In this document: in pieces, positions 1 through 9,641 of the stretch | Position numbering within the stretch: position 1 is the first letter of the stretch | Layout: each line of letters starts with the position of its first letter | Sequence record: NC_054915.1 | Direction: 5' to 3' (one strand) | Origin: Escherichia phage vB_EcoM_G8 | DNA length: 64,000 nucleotides | The notes under the pieces: generated by a model | Seen by the model: the letters and a program-made list of their open reading frames with translations, nothing else | Database searches by the model: none | Told to the model about the DNA's origin: nothing | Made by a program: the position numbers and the translations under genes

Positions 1-376
<376 letters not shown>

Positions 377-832
377 TTAAAAGAGGCTGTTCATTATTCG
401 GTAAAGTGAAGGACCCATCACATATTGCCACTGAGTACGAGGAATAAGGGCAAAAGCATCCATCTCTGGAATCATAACACCATCTTTATTTTCAAAATAA
501 GACTCGCAATGACAATTTCTGAACATCTCATGCTCTACTGGAATCGTATAATAAAATAACTGTAAGTCTTTATTACTAGAATATTTAAATACACCTAGGT
601 CTTCTAGAAGGTCTGGATTATAATTGCTAAAACCGGTCTCTTCTGAGCATTCTCTTCGTGCTGCATCTAATGCGCTTAAATCAGAATTTTCTACACGCCC
701 CTTTGGAATATCCCAGCGATGTGCCATCATTCCAGGCTTACGAGAACCAGTAACCCGTCCCATGAATAAATCTTTATCTTCTGTCATAAAGATAATACCA
801 GCTGATAATGTTTTCATTTTAATTTCCTGCAT
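377..832 (-). CDS. nudE: Nudix hydrolase
   Basis: 151 aa; Nudix box GRVENSDLSALDAARRECSEETGF; position immediately downstream of e as in T4 (e.1). Confidence 0.85.
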   Translation of the reverse strand: MQEIKMKTLSAGIIFMTEDKDLFMGRVTGSRKPGMMAHRWDIPKGRVENSDLSALDAARRECSEETGFSNYNPDLLEDLGVFKYSSNKDLQLFYYTIPVEHEMFRNCHCESYFENKDGVMIPEMDAFALIPRTQWQYVMGPSLYRIMNSLF

Positions 833-1302
833 TCGGTGATAAAATTATTTAAATTTTGAGTATATTTCTTTTCATCAAAAATCTTTTGCTGCCTACGTAA
901 ACGCCATGGCATTTCAATGAACGTGTACCATATCCCAGATAATATTGCTGCTGTAAAAATATTAACAAGTATGGTTAAAATAATCCAATCTCCCGTTCTG
1001 TCTACTGGACTTTCTCCAAAGAAGCAAAATACAAATGATGTCACAGGAAAACTAATAATATACCACAGAATCATAATCTTATCTGTGAACCAATCAGCGT
1101 TCGTTAACTTAGCGCGACCATTATGAATACACACGAATTTATCATCTGTTACAGTAAATGGCTTAGCTGCTTGATATCCCATTCTAAACTCCCTAATCAA
1201 CAAATTTTTCATATCTTCGGAACAACCATTCCAGTCAACTCTATCAACTGAAATGCCATCATCCCCATCATCTAAATCATACCAGCGAGTTTTTAAAATC
1301 AT
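814..1302 (-). CDS. hypothetical membrane protein (e.2-like position)
   Basis: 162 aa ORF with hydrophobic segments; 4-nt overlap with neighbours suggests translational coupling. Confidence 0.6.
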   Translation of the reverse strand: MILKTRWYDLDDGDDGISVDRVDWNGCSEDMKNLLIREFRMGYQAAKPFTVTDDKFVCIHNGRAKLTNADWFTDKIMILWYIISFPVTSFVFCFFGESPVDRTGDWIILTILVNIFTAAILSGIWYTFIEMPWRLRRQQKIFDEKKYTQNLNNFITECRKLK

Positions 1303-1661
1303 TTAATTTTCCTACAATCGCTCACAAACTCTTCCATTGATTCTTTTTCAATATAAGACATGTAGCTATTATATTCTTTTAATTGTATTTTGTAATCTTT
1401 TTTTCTTTGCCAATTTATTTTAAAATTATCATAATGAAAATATAACATTGTACCAAAGAATGAAAATAATGAAATCGCTATAGTAAAACGAAGTTCACTC
1501 CAAACCTCTGTTATAATTACTGTGCCGTCGATGTTTAAAATAAAACAGTCAATTAACAATCCAATAAGACTACCTGCAAGAGCTGCAAATGCTGATACGG
1601 CAAGAATTAATAGTGCCTCAGGAAACGAATATTTAACTTTATTTAGTTTTGGCTTTTGCAT
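1299..1661 (-). CDS. hypothetical membrane protein (e.3-like position)
   Basis: 120 aa ORF, two predicted hydrophobic helices. Confidence 0.6.
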   Translation of the reverse strand: MQKPKLNKVKYSFPEALLILAVSAFAALAGSLIGLLIDCFILNIDGTVIITEVWSELRFTIAISLFSFFGTMLYFHYDNFKINWQRKKDYKIQLKEYNSYMSYIEKESMEEFVSDCRKIK

Positions 1662-2056
1662 CGTGATTCCTTAACAAATTTCATAATTTCATCAAATTCA
1701 TACGCGGCAAGTTTAAGCTGATGTTCCTTTTTAATCTTTTTACACTGTGCTTTCCAATCACGTACGCGTTTACGATAATGCCTTCCTTGATACCAGTATC
1801 CTACCCAATTTACGGGTACTAATAAAAGTGGAACTATTAATGGAAGAATTAGCATTAACACAAGTATTTCGCCAGAATCAATATCAGTCATAACATCTAA
1901 AATACCTCCAATAATCAATAGAATTACAAATGATATGAGTATAACAGGACCTATTAATACATCAGTAGGAATTAGCTGACGCTTTAGTTCATACTTCACA
2001 GGTTTACTTGGAAGGTATAGTGATGGCTTTGACATATTCTCTACATTCCTTAACAA
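1643..2056 (-). CDS. hypothetical membrane protein (e.4-like position); start may be the internal Met at about 2035
   Basis: 137 aa ORF with a long hydrophobic core. Confidence 0.55.
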   Translation of the reverse strand: MLRNVENMSKPSLYLPSKPVKYELKRQLIPTDVLIGPVILISFVILLIIGGILDVMTDIDSGEILVLMLILPLIVPLLLVPVNWVGYWYQGRHYRKRVRDWKAQCKKIKKEHQLKLAAYEFDEIMKFVKESRCKSQN

Positions 2057-2609
2057 ATTTTTCTAATAATAAATCGCTTTCAAAATTAGGATTTTCCACG
2101 AATTTATCAAAAAGATCATCAACGATAGTTAAGATATTCTTTTTATTAAGAATACGCTTATTTTCATATTTTGTTTCAGAGTCAACTATAAGAGTAAAGA
2201 AATATTTCTTTCCCTGAAATTTTACCGTAGTATCAATATAGAACAAATTTGACTTTTGTAAATTACGTTTAAACCATGCGTCACTTAAACTGTAAACGCC
2301 AAGATAATCATAATCGTCATTTAAATAACAAACTGTCCATTCAGGAGAAATGAAATCAGTAAATTCAACATCAAAATCACACGTCAATGAATGAATTGAT
2401 TCAATACTTTTAATGAGTATTCCAGGACGTATTAAAGACTTTTTACCTTTATAAAATCCAGAAAGACTTTCATCAGTTTCGTATGAAGACCCCCAATAGT
2501 AATTACGTCCTTCTGCCATACGTTTAAGAGCATTTAGTAATTGATCTGGAACATCAACCTGTCTTTGGAACTCTTCAAACATTGAATTGAAATCACTTTG
2601 CATTTTCAT
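2004..2609 (-). CDS. hypothetical protein (e.5-like position)
   Basis: 201 aa ORF in the conserved e.x series. Confidence 0.6.
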   Translation of the reverse strand: MKMQSDFNSMFEEFQRQVDVPDQLLNALKRMAEGRNYYWGSSYETDESLSGFYKGKKSLIRPGILIKSIESIHSLTCDFDVEFTDFISPEWTVCYLNDDYDYLGVYSLSDAWFKRNLQKSNLFYIDTTVKFQGKKYFFTLIVDSETKYENKRILNKKNILTIVDDLFDKFVENPNFESDLLLEKFVKECREYVKAITIPSK

Positions 2610-2650
2610 TCCTATTTACTCCAAGTAATAGGGGCCGAAGCCCCTTATCA

Positions 2651-3244
2651 TTATTTCAGAGAATTAATATATTCCTGGACATCGGCAGAGGTAGTTTCAA
2701 CCCCAGAAATATTGCCGTTAAAAGTTTCAACTCGAGCAAGGGTATCTTCAATATCAACCTTAGTCAGTGCTGCAATTTCAACTACATCATCGGCAGTACT
2801 AATTCCAAGGGCATTTGCCGCACGAGTTTCACGAATATATTCCAATTTAACTGCAAGTTCTTGGCGAGCATCATCTAACTCAACTACTTTCTTGGCGATT
2901 TCAATTCGCATTTCAGCATAACCGTCAGCTTTAGTAGTCAACTGCTCAGCTGTTCGGCGATATAGTAAACCGAGTTTAGCATGCATTGTTACATCTTGAC
3001 CTTCGGAAAGAAGTTTTCGAATTTCACGCTCTTTTGATTCGGCCTGTCGATTCTTTTCGATAACAAGTTCACGAATACGTTTTTCTTCATTAATAGATTT
3101 AATAGAAGCAGTTTTTAGATCTTTAATTTTATCAAGTAGTTTTGCTGCTGCAGCAGTATACTGTTCTTCAACAGATAGATTTTTAGCCATAGCAGAACCA
3201 AGTTTAGTGCGAATAAACTCAACAATTTTCTTCAGTGTGTTCAT
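2651..3244 (-). CDS. PspA/IM30-like coiled-coil protein (e.6-like position)
   Basis: 197 aa, heptad-rich; segment [10 protein letters not shown] resembles the PspA DDTLARMKKE region; family call from memory only. Confidence 0.5.
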   Translation of the reverse strand: MNTLKKIVEFIRTKLGSAMAKNLSVEEQYTAAAAKLLDKIKDLKTASIKSINEEKRIRELVIEKNRQAESKEREIRKLLSEGQDVTMHAKLGLLYRRTAEQLTTKADGYAEMRIEIAKKVVELDDARQELAVKLEYIRETRAANALGISTADDVVEIAALTKVDIEDTLARVETFNGNISGVETTSADVQEYINSLK

Positions 3245-3301
3245 AGTATTTCCTTAGATTGATACAATTAGATAATATCACGTTTTTAATAGATTGTAAA
3301 C

Positions 3302-3637
3302 TTATTCTTCGTCTATCTCATCGATAAAGACGTCAATGGCCTCGATAACGGCATCATTGATAGCCAATAAAGTAAAATCATCGTCAGTACCTTTATAAGA
3401 TTCTGAAGCATTGATATATGCTTGATTGACGAGTTCCCAAGCCTTTTTAAAATAAGGAGTTTCATCATCAGGACAAATATCCCGCACACCTTCAAAGATA
3501 CGATTGGCATAATCTAACACCCATTGTACAGGCATGTTTTGAGAACGTTCGTTAAACTCTTTAAATTCCTTAGATTCAAAAAGCTCTTCAGGATAATAAT
3601 TTCGATTACAAAAAGCTTTACTAAAGTTACGTTTCAT
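3302..3637 (-). CDS. hypothetical acidic protein (e.7-like position)
   Basis: 111 aa ORF. Confidence 0.6.
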   Translation of the reverse strand: MKRNFSKAFCNRNYYPEELFESKEFKEFNERSQNMPVQWVLDYANRIFEGVRDICPDDETPYFKKAWELVNQAYINASESYKGTDDDFTLLAINDAVIEAIDVFIDEIDEE

Positions 3638-3692
3638 AATGTTCTCCTCAAGCTACAGGCTCATAATATCTCAATCATGAGCCTGTGTAAAC

Positions 3693-3968
3693 TTATTTCA
3701 TATTATTGAAATATTCTTCTGCGATTTCGTCGTTATCATGGTAAACTTTAGAAGACAGTTTAACATAACCTTCAGCAGTGAACATGTTAATCACAACCTT
3801 TACAGTATACCACTGACCATCTTCATTACCCATTACTGCGTAAGTTTCAAACATCGGATGATCAGGACCGATAACTTTAATATCATTCACTGTACGACCG
3901 AAATCTTCTGAAACACATTTCATAAAGAAGTTGAACAGTTCGCCGTAATTATCCATTTCATTCTCCAA
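3693..3968 (-). CDS. hypothetical protein (e.8-like position)
   Basis: 91 aa ORF. Confidence 0.6.
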   Translation of the reverse strand: MENEMDNYGELFNFFMKCVSEDFGRTVNDIKVIGPDHPMFETYAVMGNEDGQWYTVKVVINMFTAEGYVKLSSKVYHDNDEIAEEYFNNMK

Positions 3969-4161
3969 GTTGTTTTCTGTATCAGTAGTTGATAGTTGTA
4001 TAGTACCATGGAAGAACAGGGATGTAAACAGTTTTGTGAAAAATTTTTAAAAAATTTTAGGGAATTCTAGGGTCAGGAGGGGCAATTAAAAGGTAGGATA
4101 ATATTATTATAAAGGGTATAAACTAAATGATGCCTAGAGAGGCCCGGAAAGGCCTAGATAC

Positions 4162-4190
4162 CAAAAAGCCCCAACCTTTTGGTCGGGGCT
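4162..4190 (-). terminator. rho-independent terminator hairpin (copy 1 of a repeated hairpin)
   Basis: AGCCCCAACC-TTTT-GGTCGGGGCT stem-loop; the A-run on the plus strand gives a U-run on the minus transcript. Confidence 0.6.
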
Positions 4191-4197
4191 AAGAATG

Positions 4198-4659
4198 TTA
4201 TTTGATTTGTTTAGCAGACCAAATGCGGTCTTTGATGATTTTTTGGAGGTCTTCAACATACTCTAGGTCATGAGCATGTGGATTATCTTTGAAACTATAA
4301 GCACGCGCAAGTTTCTGGCCTTCGGTCTTAATTATCAAAAGTTCTTTAAGAATTGCTTCATACCTAGAGATAATTCCTTTAGCAATATTTTTTTCTTGTG
4401 CTGCTTTAGGGTCAGCCTTAGGAGCAGGTTTACCAGAAGGTTTTTCGAAAGCCGCACCAGTAGCAACCAGGCTTTTCCAGGCGGTGGTAACATAGTTACC
4501 CACAAAGCCTTCAGCTCTCATATCGTCATAGAACTTGTACCGAGATTCGTCAGAAGCATCTTTATAAGAATATTTACCAGCTTTAATAGCAGCAGTTGCT
4601 ACAGCGCGAACATCTGAAGCGGATGCTTCGGTCATTAAAAATTGAGCATAAGTTTTCAT
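4198..4659 (-). CDS. hypothetical protein with an N-terminus resembling a capsid targeting sequence
   Basis: 153 aa; N-terminus MKTYAQFLMTEA resembles the T4 internal-protein CTS (MKTYQEFIAEA); Ala/Lys-rich. Confidence 0.6.
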   Translation of the reverse strand: MKTYAQFLMTEASASDVRAVATAAIKAGKYSYKDASDESRYKFYDDMRAEGFVGNYVTTAWKSLVATGAAFEKPSGKPAPKADPKAAQEKNIAKGIISRYEAILKELLIIKTEGQKLARAYSFKDNPHAHDLEYVEDLQKIIKDRIWSAKQIK

Positions 4660-4696
4660 TGTTATTTCCTGTGTTAATTAACTCATCTATTTATAT

Positions 4697-4725
4697 CAAA
4701 AAGCCCCAACCTTTCGGTCGGGGCT
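4697..4725 (-). terminator. rho-independent terminator hairpin (copy 2, 1-nt difference from copy 1)
   Basis: AGCCCCAACC-TTTC-GGTCGGGGCT preceded by an A-run on the plus strand. Confidence 0.6.
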
Positions 4726-4739
4726 AAGCCTTGCTGCAA

Positions 4740-5035
4740 CCTTGTCGGGGTTCCACCTGCTAAGGCAAGTGTTTGTACGAAACGCCGGGACTTGAACCCG
4801 GTTATTAAGTAGTTGACGCTACTCAATATTTTTAAAAGGCCATATCTCGACCATATCCGAACGTTCCGTCAAAAACGCTACTCGGCTTATGGCAAAGATA
4901 TTTCCTCGAATCGATAATTCGGTGCGCCGTTTCTGCTGTGATGTAAGAGGGCATTAGCAGATCGTAAAGATTTGTTAATGCCAGTCCTTAAACAGGGAAC
5001 ATCAGTCCGACGACTTACCGGTAGCGACCCGGTTT
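4740..5035 (-). ncRNA. putative stable small RNA(s), by analogy with T4 species 1/2 RNAs (rnaC/rnaD)
   Basis: No ORF; tRNA-like T-arm motif CCGGGTTCAAGTCCCGG on the minus strand (about 4786-4802); boundaries not determined. Confidence 0.35.
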
Positions 5036-5036
5036 C

Positions 5037-5387
5037 TTAATATTCTTTTAAAGCATCAATTTGTTCACGGCGTTTACGCCATAAATCAATTGCTTCATAC
5101 GCGGATTCAACATTTCGAATTGGTCGGCATTTATATAAAGATTTGTGATTTTGATATTGTGTAGATAACGGAATTTTATCTAAAAGGTCTTTACGTTCAA
5201 AATATTCGTAACCATCTAAACCAAATGAACGATTTTTGAGAAATTGCCAATGACCATATTCGTTTTCGATATAAACATAATCTGCGTGCTGATAAAGCAA
5301 ATTAATTACGCGTTCAGAAATAACAGTGTCATTGTGATTAAAATAGAATGTTAAATCATGAACTACTAAATAAACATTACCTTTCAT
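5037..5387 (-). CDS. hypothetical protein
   Basis: 116 codons from ATG at 5387 with GAGGAAA RBS; the longer ORF-track start at 5435 would overlap tRNA-Arg. Confidence 0.55.
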   Translation of the reverse strand: MKGNVYLVVHDLTFYFNHNDTVISERVINLLYQHADYVYIENEYGHWQFLKNRSFGLDGYEYFERKDLLDKIPLSTQYQNHKSLYKCRPIRNVESAYEAIDLWRKRREQIDALKEY

Positions 5388-5405
5388 ATTTTCCTCACTT
5401 ATAAT

Positions 5406-5482
<77 letters not shown>

Positions 5483-5485
5483 TAA

Positions 5486-6151
5486 TTAAAATTTCATTTT
5501 TCGACCTTTAAACCATCCTTCTGGAATTGGGTCAGTTTTCTTAATACGTTTAGAAACTTTTTCATCTAATGAATGAATCCACATCATACCAAATTGAGAA
5601 TTCTTTTCGCCCTGTTGGTGTTTATTTCTGGCGTGAGATTCTTTCATTTTATTAATAGTTTCAGGAGTATGGGTCTTACCCAAGAAAGATTTAGTATTTA
5701 AAAATTTCTCTCTATACTCAGAATTATCCCAAAGCTGTTTAAACCTTTCTGAACCCATTTTACGATATTTTTCTTTAAGGTCTGGGTCGTTCTCAAATCT
5801 GGTTTTAAAAGCGGCAGCTCCTTTTAAGGAAGCTTCTTTCTTTTTATCCAAATATTCTTTAGTGTTTAAATGGTCCCAACCACCTTCACCACCTAATTTC
5901 AAATTATAAACATCAGGGCGCTTTAAAAACTCTTCAGTCACAATATTCTTTTCTGACTCAAACATAGAGGTTTTATCGTCAAAGAACTCTAATATTTCTT
6001 TAGAAAAATTTTCTATACCATACTTATCTTGGGCTCTTTTTAATAATTTACCAGAACCCATATATCCATCATCTAAATTTTCGGTAGAATGAGCGCCTAT
6101 ATAGATTTTATTATTAATTTTATTTGTTATTTTATAAGTGTAATGGAACAT
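5486..6151 (-). CDS. segB: GIY-YIG homing endonuclease
   Basis: 221 aa; N-terminal YTYKITNKINNKIYIGAHS...YMGSGK GIY-YIG motif; sits between tRNA-Arg and tRNA-Ile as T4 segB does. Confidence 0.85.
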   Translation of the reverse strand: MFHYTYKITNKINNKIYIGAHSTENLDDGYMGSGKLLKRAQDKYGIENFSKEILEFFDDKTSMFESEKNIVTEEFLKRPDVYNLKLGGEGGWDHLNTKEYLDKKKEASLKGAAAFKTRFENDPDLKEKYRKMGSERFKQLWDNSEYREKFLNTKSFLGKTHTPETINKMKESHARNKHQQGEKNSQFGMMWIHSLDEKVSKRIKKTDPIPEGWFKGRKMKF

Positions 6152-6192
6152 AAATATCTCCTATTTCTAGGAGTATTTATGTTCTCAAAATA

Positions 6193-6264
6193 TGGCCCTG
6201 GGTGGAATTGAACCACCATCTGGCGATTATGAGTCGCTTGCTTGAACCTTCCAGCTACAGGGCC
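6193..6264 (-). tRNA. tRNA-Ile (anticodon CAU, presumably modified)
   Basis: Acceptor GGCCCTG/CAGGGCC; anticodon loop CTCATAA; called Ile rather than Met by analogy with the T4 set. Confidence 0.7.
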
Positions 6265-6270
6265 TTGATA

Positions 6271-6343
6271 TGCTGATTGACGGAATCGAACCGCCGACGT
6301 CCTCATTACAAGTGAGGTGCTCTACCTACTGAGCTAAATCAGC
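6271..6343 (-). tRNA. tRNA-Thr (anticodon UGU)
   Basis: Acceptor GCTGATT/AATCAGC; anticodon loop with TGT; T-loop GGTTCGATTCC. Confidence 0.8.
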
Positions 6344-6350
6344 GAAATTA

Positions 6351-6437
6351 CGGAGGCGATAGGATTTGAACCTATGAGTCGCCGGAGCGACTGCCGGTTT
6401 TCAAGACCGGTGCATTAAACCACTCTGCCACGCCTCC
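6351..6437 (-). tRNA. tRNA-Ser (anticodon UGA), long variable arm
   Basis: 87 nt; acceptor GGAGGCG/CGCCTCC; anticodon loop CTTGAAA. Confidence 0.8.
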
Positions 6438-6439
6438 AG

Positions 6440-6513
6440 TCTCCGTGGCAGGATTTGAACCTACGACATTCTGCTCCCAAAGCAGACGCTCTACCAAACT
6501 GAGCTACACGGAG
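6440..6513 (-). tRNA. tRNA-Pro (anticodon UGG)
   Basis: Acceptor CTCCGTG/CACGGAG; anticodon loop TTTGGGA; T-loop GGTTCAAATCC. Confidence 0.8.
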
Positions 6514-6525
6514 TAAATTAAATTT

Positions 6526-6597
<72 letters not shown>

Positions 6598-6604
6598 AAA
6601 CTTT

Positions 6605-6690
6605 GGTACGAGAAGTGGGACTCGAACCCACAAGGAAATCATTCCGCAGCATTTTAAGTGCTGTGCCTTTACCAATTTGACCATTCTCGC
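6605..6690 (-). tRNA. tRNA-Leu (anticodon UAA), CCA encoded
   Basis: Acceptor GCGAGAA; anticodon loop CTTAAAA; long variable arm. Confidence 0.8.
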
Positions 6691-6691
6691 G

Positions 6692-6765
6692 CTGGGAATA
6701 AAGGACTCGAACCTTTGCATCTAGCAGTCAAAGTGCTGTGCCTTTACCAATTTGGCTAATTCCCA
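6692..6765 (-). tRNA. tRNA-Gln (anticodon UUG)
   Basis: Acceptor TGGGAAT/ATTCCCA; anticodon loop with TTG; T-loop GGTTCGAGTCC. Confidence 0.8.
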
Positions 6766-6862
6766 ATTATTAACAAAGGCTCTCAAACAAGAACCCTTGA
6801 TGATAGAGGGTATTAATCAGTGCGGTATGAATTAATAATAACAAATAATTCTTAAAGCATAT

Positions 6863-7150
6863 TTACCATTTATGATAATACATATTTACGATGCATTCAA
6901 GACCCAAAGGATTCTTGAAAATATCATATTCAAGAGGACCTTTTTCTGTTTCAATAAAGAAATCAAAATTTACTGTATTAAATTTACGGTCTTCCTTCAC
7001 TAATTTAACTTGAGAAGATGAACGGTCAACATAAACCTTTTCAACTTCAAAACATGTTAAAACGCCATAATCATCAATCAAGGCTTTAGCCGCGTCTTGA
7101 TCATATTTATATCCATTTTCAATGGATGATACTTTAGCATAAAGAATCAT
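6863..7150 (-). CDS. hypothetical protein in the variable ipI-type locus
   Basis: 95 aa ORF between the tRNA cluster and 57B. Confidence 0.55.
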   Translation of the reverse strand: MILYAKVSSIENGYKYDQDAAKALIDDYGVLTCFEVEKVYVDRSSSQVKLVKEDRKFNTVNFDFFIETEKGPLEYDIFKNPLGLECIVNMYYHKW

Positions 7151-7152
7151 TA

Positions 7153-7533
7153 TCAGCCTTCATCAACAATAGTATGAGTGTGGGCATTTACAATTTGCCA
7201 CCAATCAAAGCGATTAGAACCATACATCAGTTTGTTTTCATTTTCTTTGATAATATCACGGAGTTCATCTTCGGTAGCGGCTTTCGCGATTAAATCAGCA
7301 TATCCACCACGAGGATAATAATTATCACCTGCAAAAAGTAAAAAGTTTGGTTTAATATTATTAAACTCTTCAAGAGTAATAACTGTTCCACCAGGTTGAA
7401 CAATATCTACATAACTATATCCTAATTTTTGAGCAGCATCTACTGCTTCAAGCAGGGTATCATGAGCCCATCCAATTTGGCAATCTGGCTTTTCAGATGG
7501 ATTAGCCTGATAATCCGCGTACACTTTATACAT
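7153..7533 (-). CDS. hypothetical protein in the variable ipI-type locus
   Basis: About 127 aa from Met MYKVYADYQ with AAGGTGA RBS; the ORF track gives a longer start at 7572. Confidence 0.55.
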   Translation of the reverse strand: MYKVYADYQANPSEKPDCQIGWAHDTLLEAVDAAQKLGYSYVDIVQPGGTVITLEEFNNIKPNFLLFAGDNYYPRGGYADLIAKAATEDELRDIIKENENKLMYGSNRFDWWQIVNAHTHTIVDEG

Positions 7534-7534
7534 T

Positions 7535-7720
7535 CTATTCACCTTTAGAAATTTTATCCATAACGATAGCAATTAAACCAATTAAAAATGCTACTACAAG
7601 TGAAAAAACATTTTCTGCTGTAGTCAATAATCCGCATATAAATCCAACAAACATTGAAAAACTAAAAGCGGAAGCAGAAATTGCAATAGCAACATTTCGA
7701 ATTAATTCACAGCGTTTCAT
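7535..7720 (-). CDS. small predicted membrane protein
   Basis: 61 aa with two hydrophobic helices. Confidence 0.45.
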   Translation of the reverse strand: MKRCELIRNVAIAISASAFSFSMFVGFICGLLTTAENVFSLVVAFLIGLIAIVMDKISKGE

Positions 7721-7788
7721 TTTATTCTCCTCAGTAGTTGATAGGGTAATAATATCACTACCCTATCTAAAAGTAAACGGTTTATAAA

Positions 7789-8097
7789 CTATTTTATTCC
7801 GCGTGATGCAATTGTGTTCTGCCGTTTAACACCAGTCTGTTTAAAGTCATGATTGTCGATTTGATCGGTACGAGCAACTCCGAATGATGATTTGATCTTA
7901 GCCTTAGATCCTTTAGTTATAGAAATAAACATCTCGGAAGCCCCTTTCTTAAAGTCCGAGGCGATTACTTCAACGCCGTTCTTAGCAAGTGACTTCAGAA
8001 TTGCCTCAGCATACTCATCGTCAAGACTCGCCTGAGTATTAATAACGAATGTCTTTGGCGCAGCCGCTTCATTGATAAATTCTTTAAATGTTTTCAT
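7789..8097 (-). CDS. internal-protein-like capsid-targeted protein (IPI-like)
   Basis: 102 aa; N-terminus MKTFKEFINE/AAAP matches the T4 internal-protein CTS and the gp21 protease L/I-x-E cleavage motif; sits at the ipI position next to 57B. Confidence 0.65.
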   Translation of the reverse strand: MKTFKEFINEAAAPKTFVINTQASLDDEYAEAILKSLAKNGVEVIASDFKKGASEMFISITKGSKAKIKSSFGVARTDQIDNHDFKQTGVKRQNTIASRGIK

Positions 8098-8169
8098 TTT
8101 ATTTTCCTAATTAATTTTGATGAGATAATAGTATCACTACCTCATCAGTATGTAAACAACTTTATGAAA

Positions 8170-8866
<697 letters not shown>

Positions 8867-8867
<1 letters not shown>

Positions 8868-9592
8868 TATAGTACCTTTAGTGTATTTTTAATTTTAGAA
8901 AAAAGTTCTTCAAGAGAACCATCATTTGTAATTACTAAATCGCCATCACGAATTGGCAATCCAGCTTCTGTAATATGTGTATCATTGGATTTTTGACCAG
9001 GACGAACTACATGAATTACTGTAGCACCCATCGCCCTAGCCGCATCCATTTCATGATCTTGACGGGTATCAGGAACGATATAATAATCATAACCTGATTT
9101 AAATTTATCAAGATAATCTAAAGCAAATAATTTTACCCAGTACATGCGGTCGAAGTTATTAACAATCAAATCCGTACCTAGGGCTTGCATCAGACGACGG
9201 ACTGACCATTGATCTTCAATATTATTTATAACGTCAATAATCTTATTAAATGCTACGGAATTAACTGATTCTTGTCCTTCGTCATCAAAAACAAACACAC
9301 CCTTAATTGGGCTTTTACCGTTAAGATAGCAAAATGCTTGTTCCATAATCGTGATTACTTCTGATTTAGTCAGATTTAAATTAGTCTCACGATCATAGTC
9401 AATTCCTTCAAACTCTTTACGAGTTAAGCAAGGATAGTCAGTGTTTTCTGCAAATACGCCCCATGCATAAGCCAATGCATCCTTAATAGGACCAGCAAGT
9501 TGGTATTTAACTGCAGAATAATTACTCATGATAAAATCAGCAGTAGTATCTTTTCCACTACGCTTTACACCGCTTAAAAAGATTAGTTTCAT
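8867..9592 (-). CDS. 1: deoxynucleoside monophosphate kinase
   Basis: 241 aa from Met MKLIFLSGVKRSGKDT (P-loop); GAGGAGA RBS; the ORF-track start at 9631 is an upstream extension. Confidence 0.85.
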
Positions 9593-9641
9593 GTGTTTCT
9601 CCTCAAATTTAATTAAGATTATAACACACAAAACTGAAGCA

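Noticed and set aside
6193-6264. Calling the CAU-anticodon tRNA as tRNA-Met
   Set aside because: The T4 tRNA set contains an Ile tRNA with a modified CAU-derived anticodon and no Met tRNA; identity cannot be proven from sequence alone.
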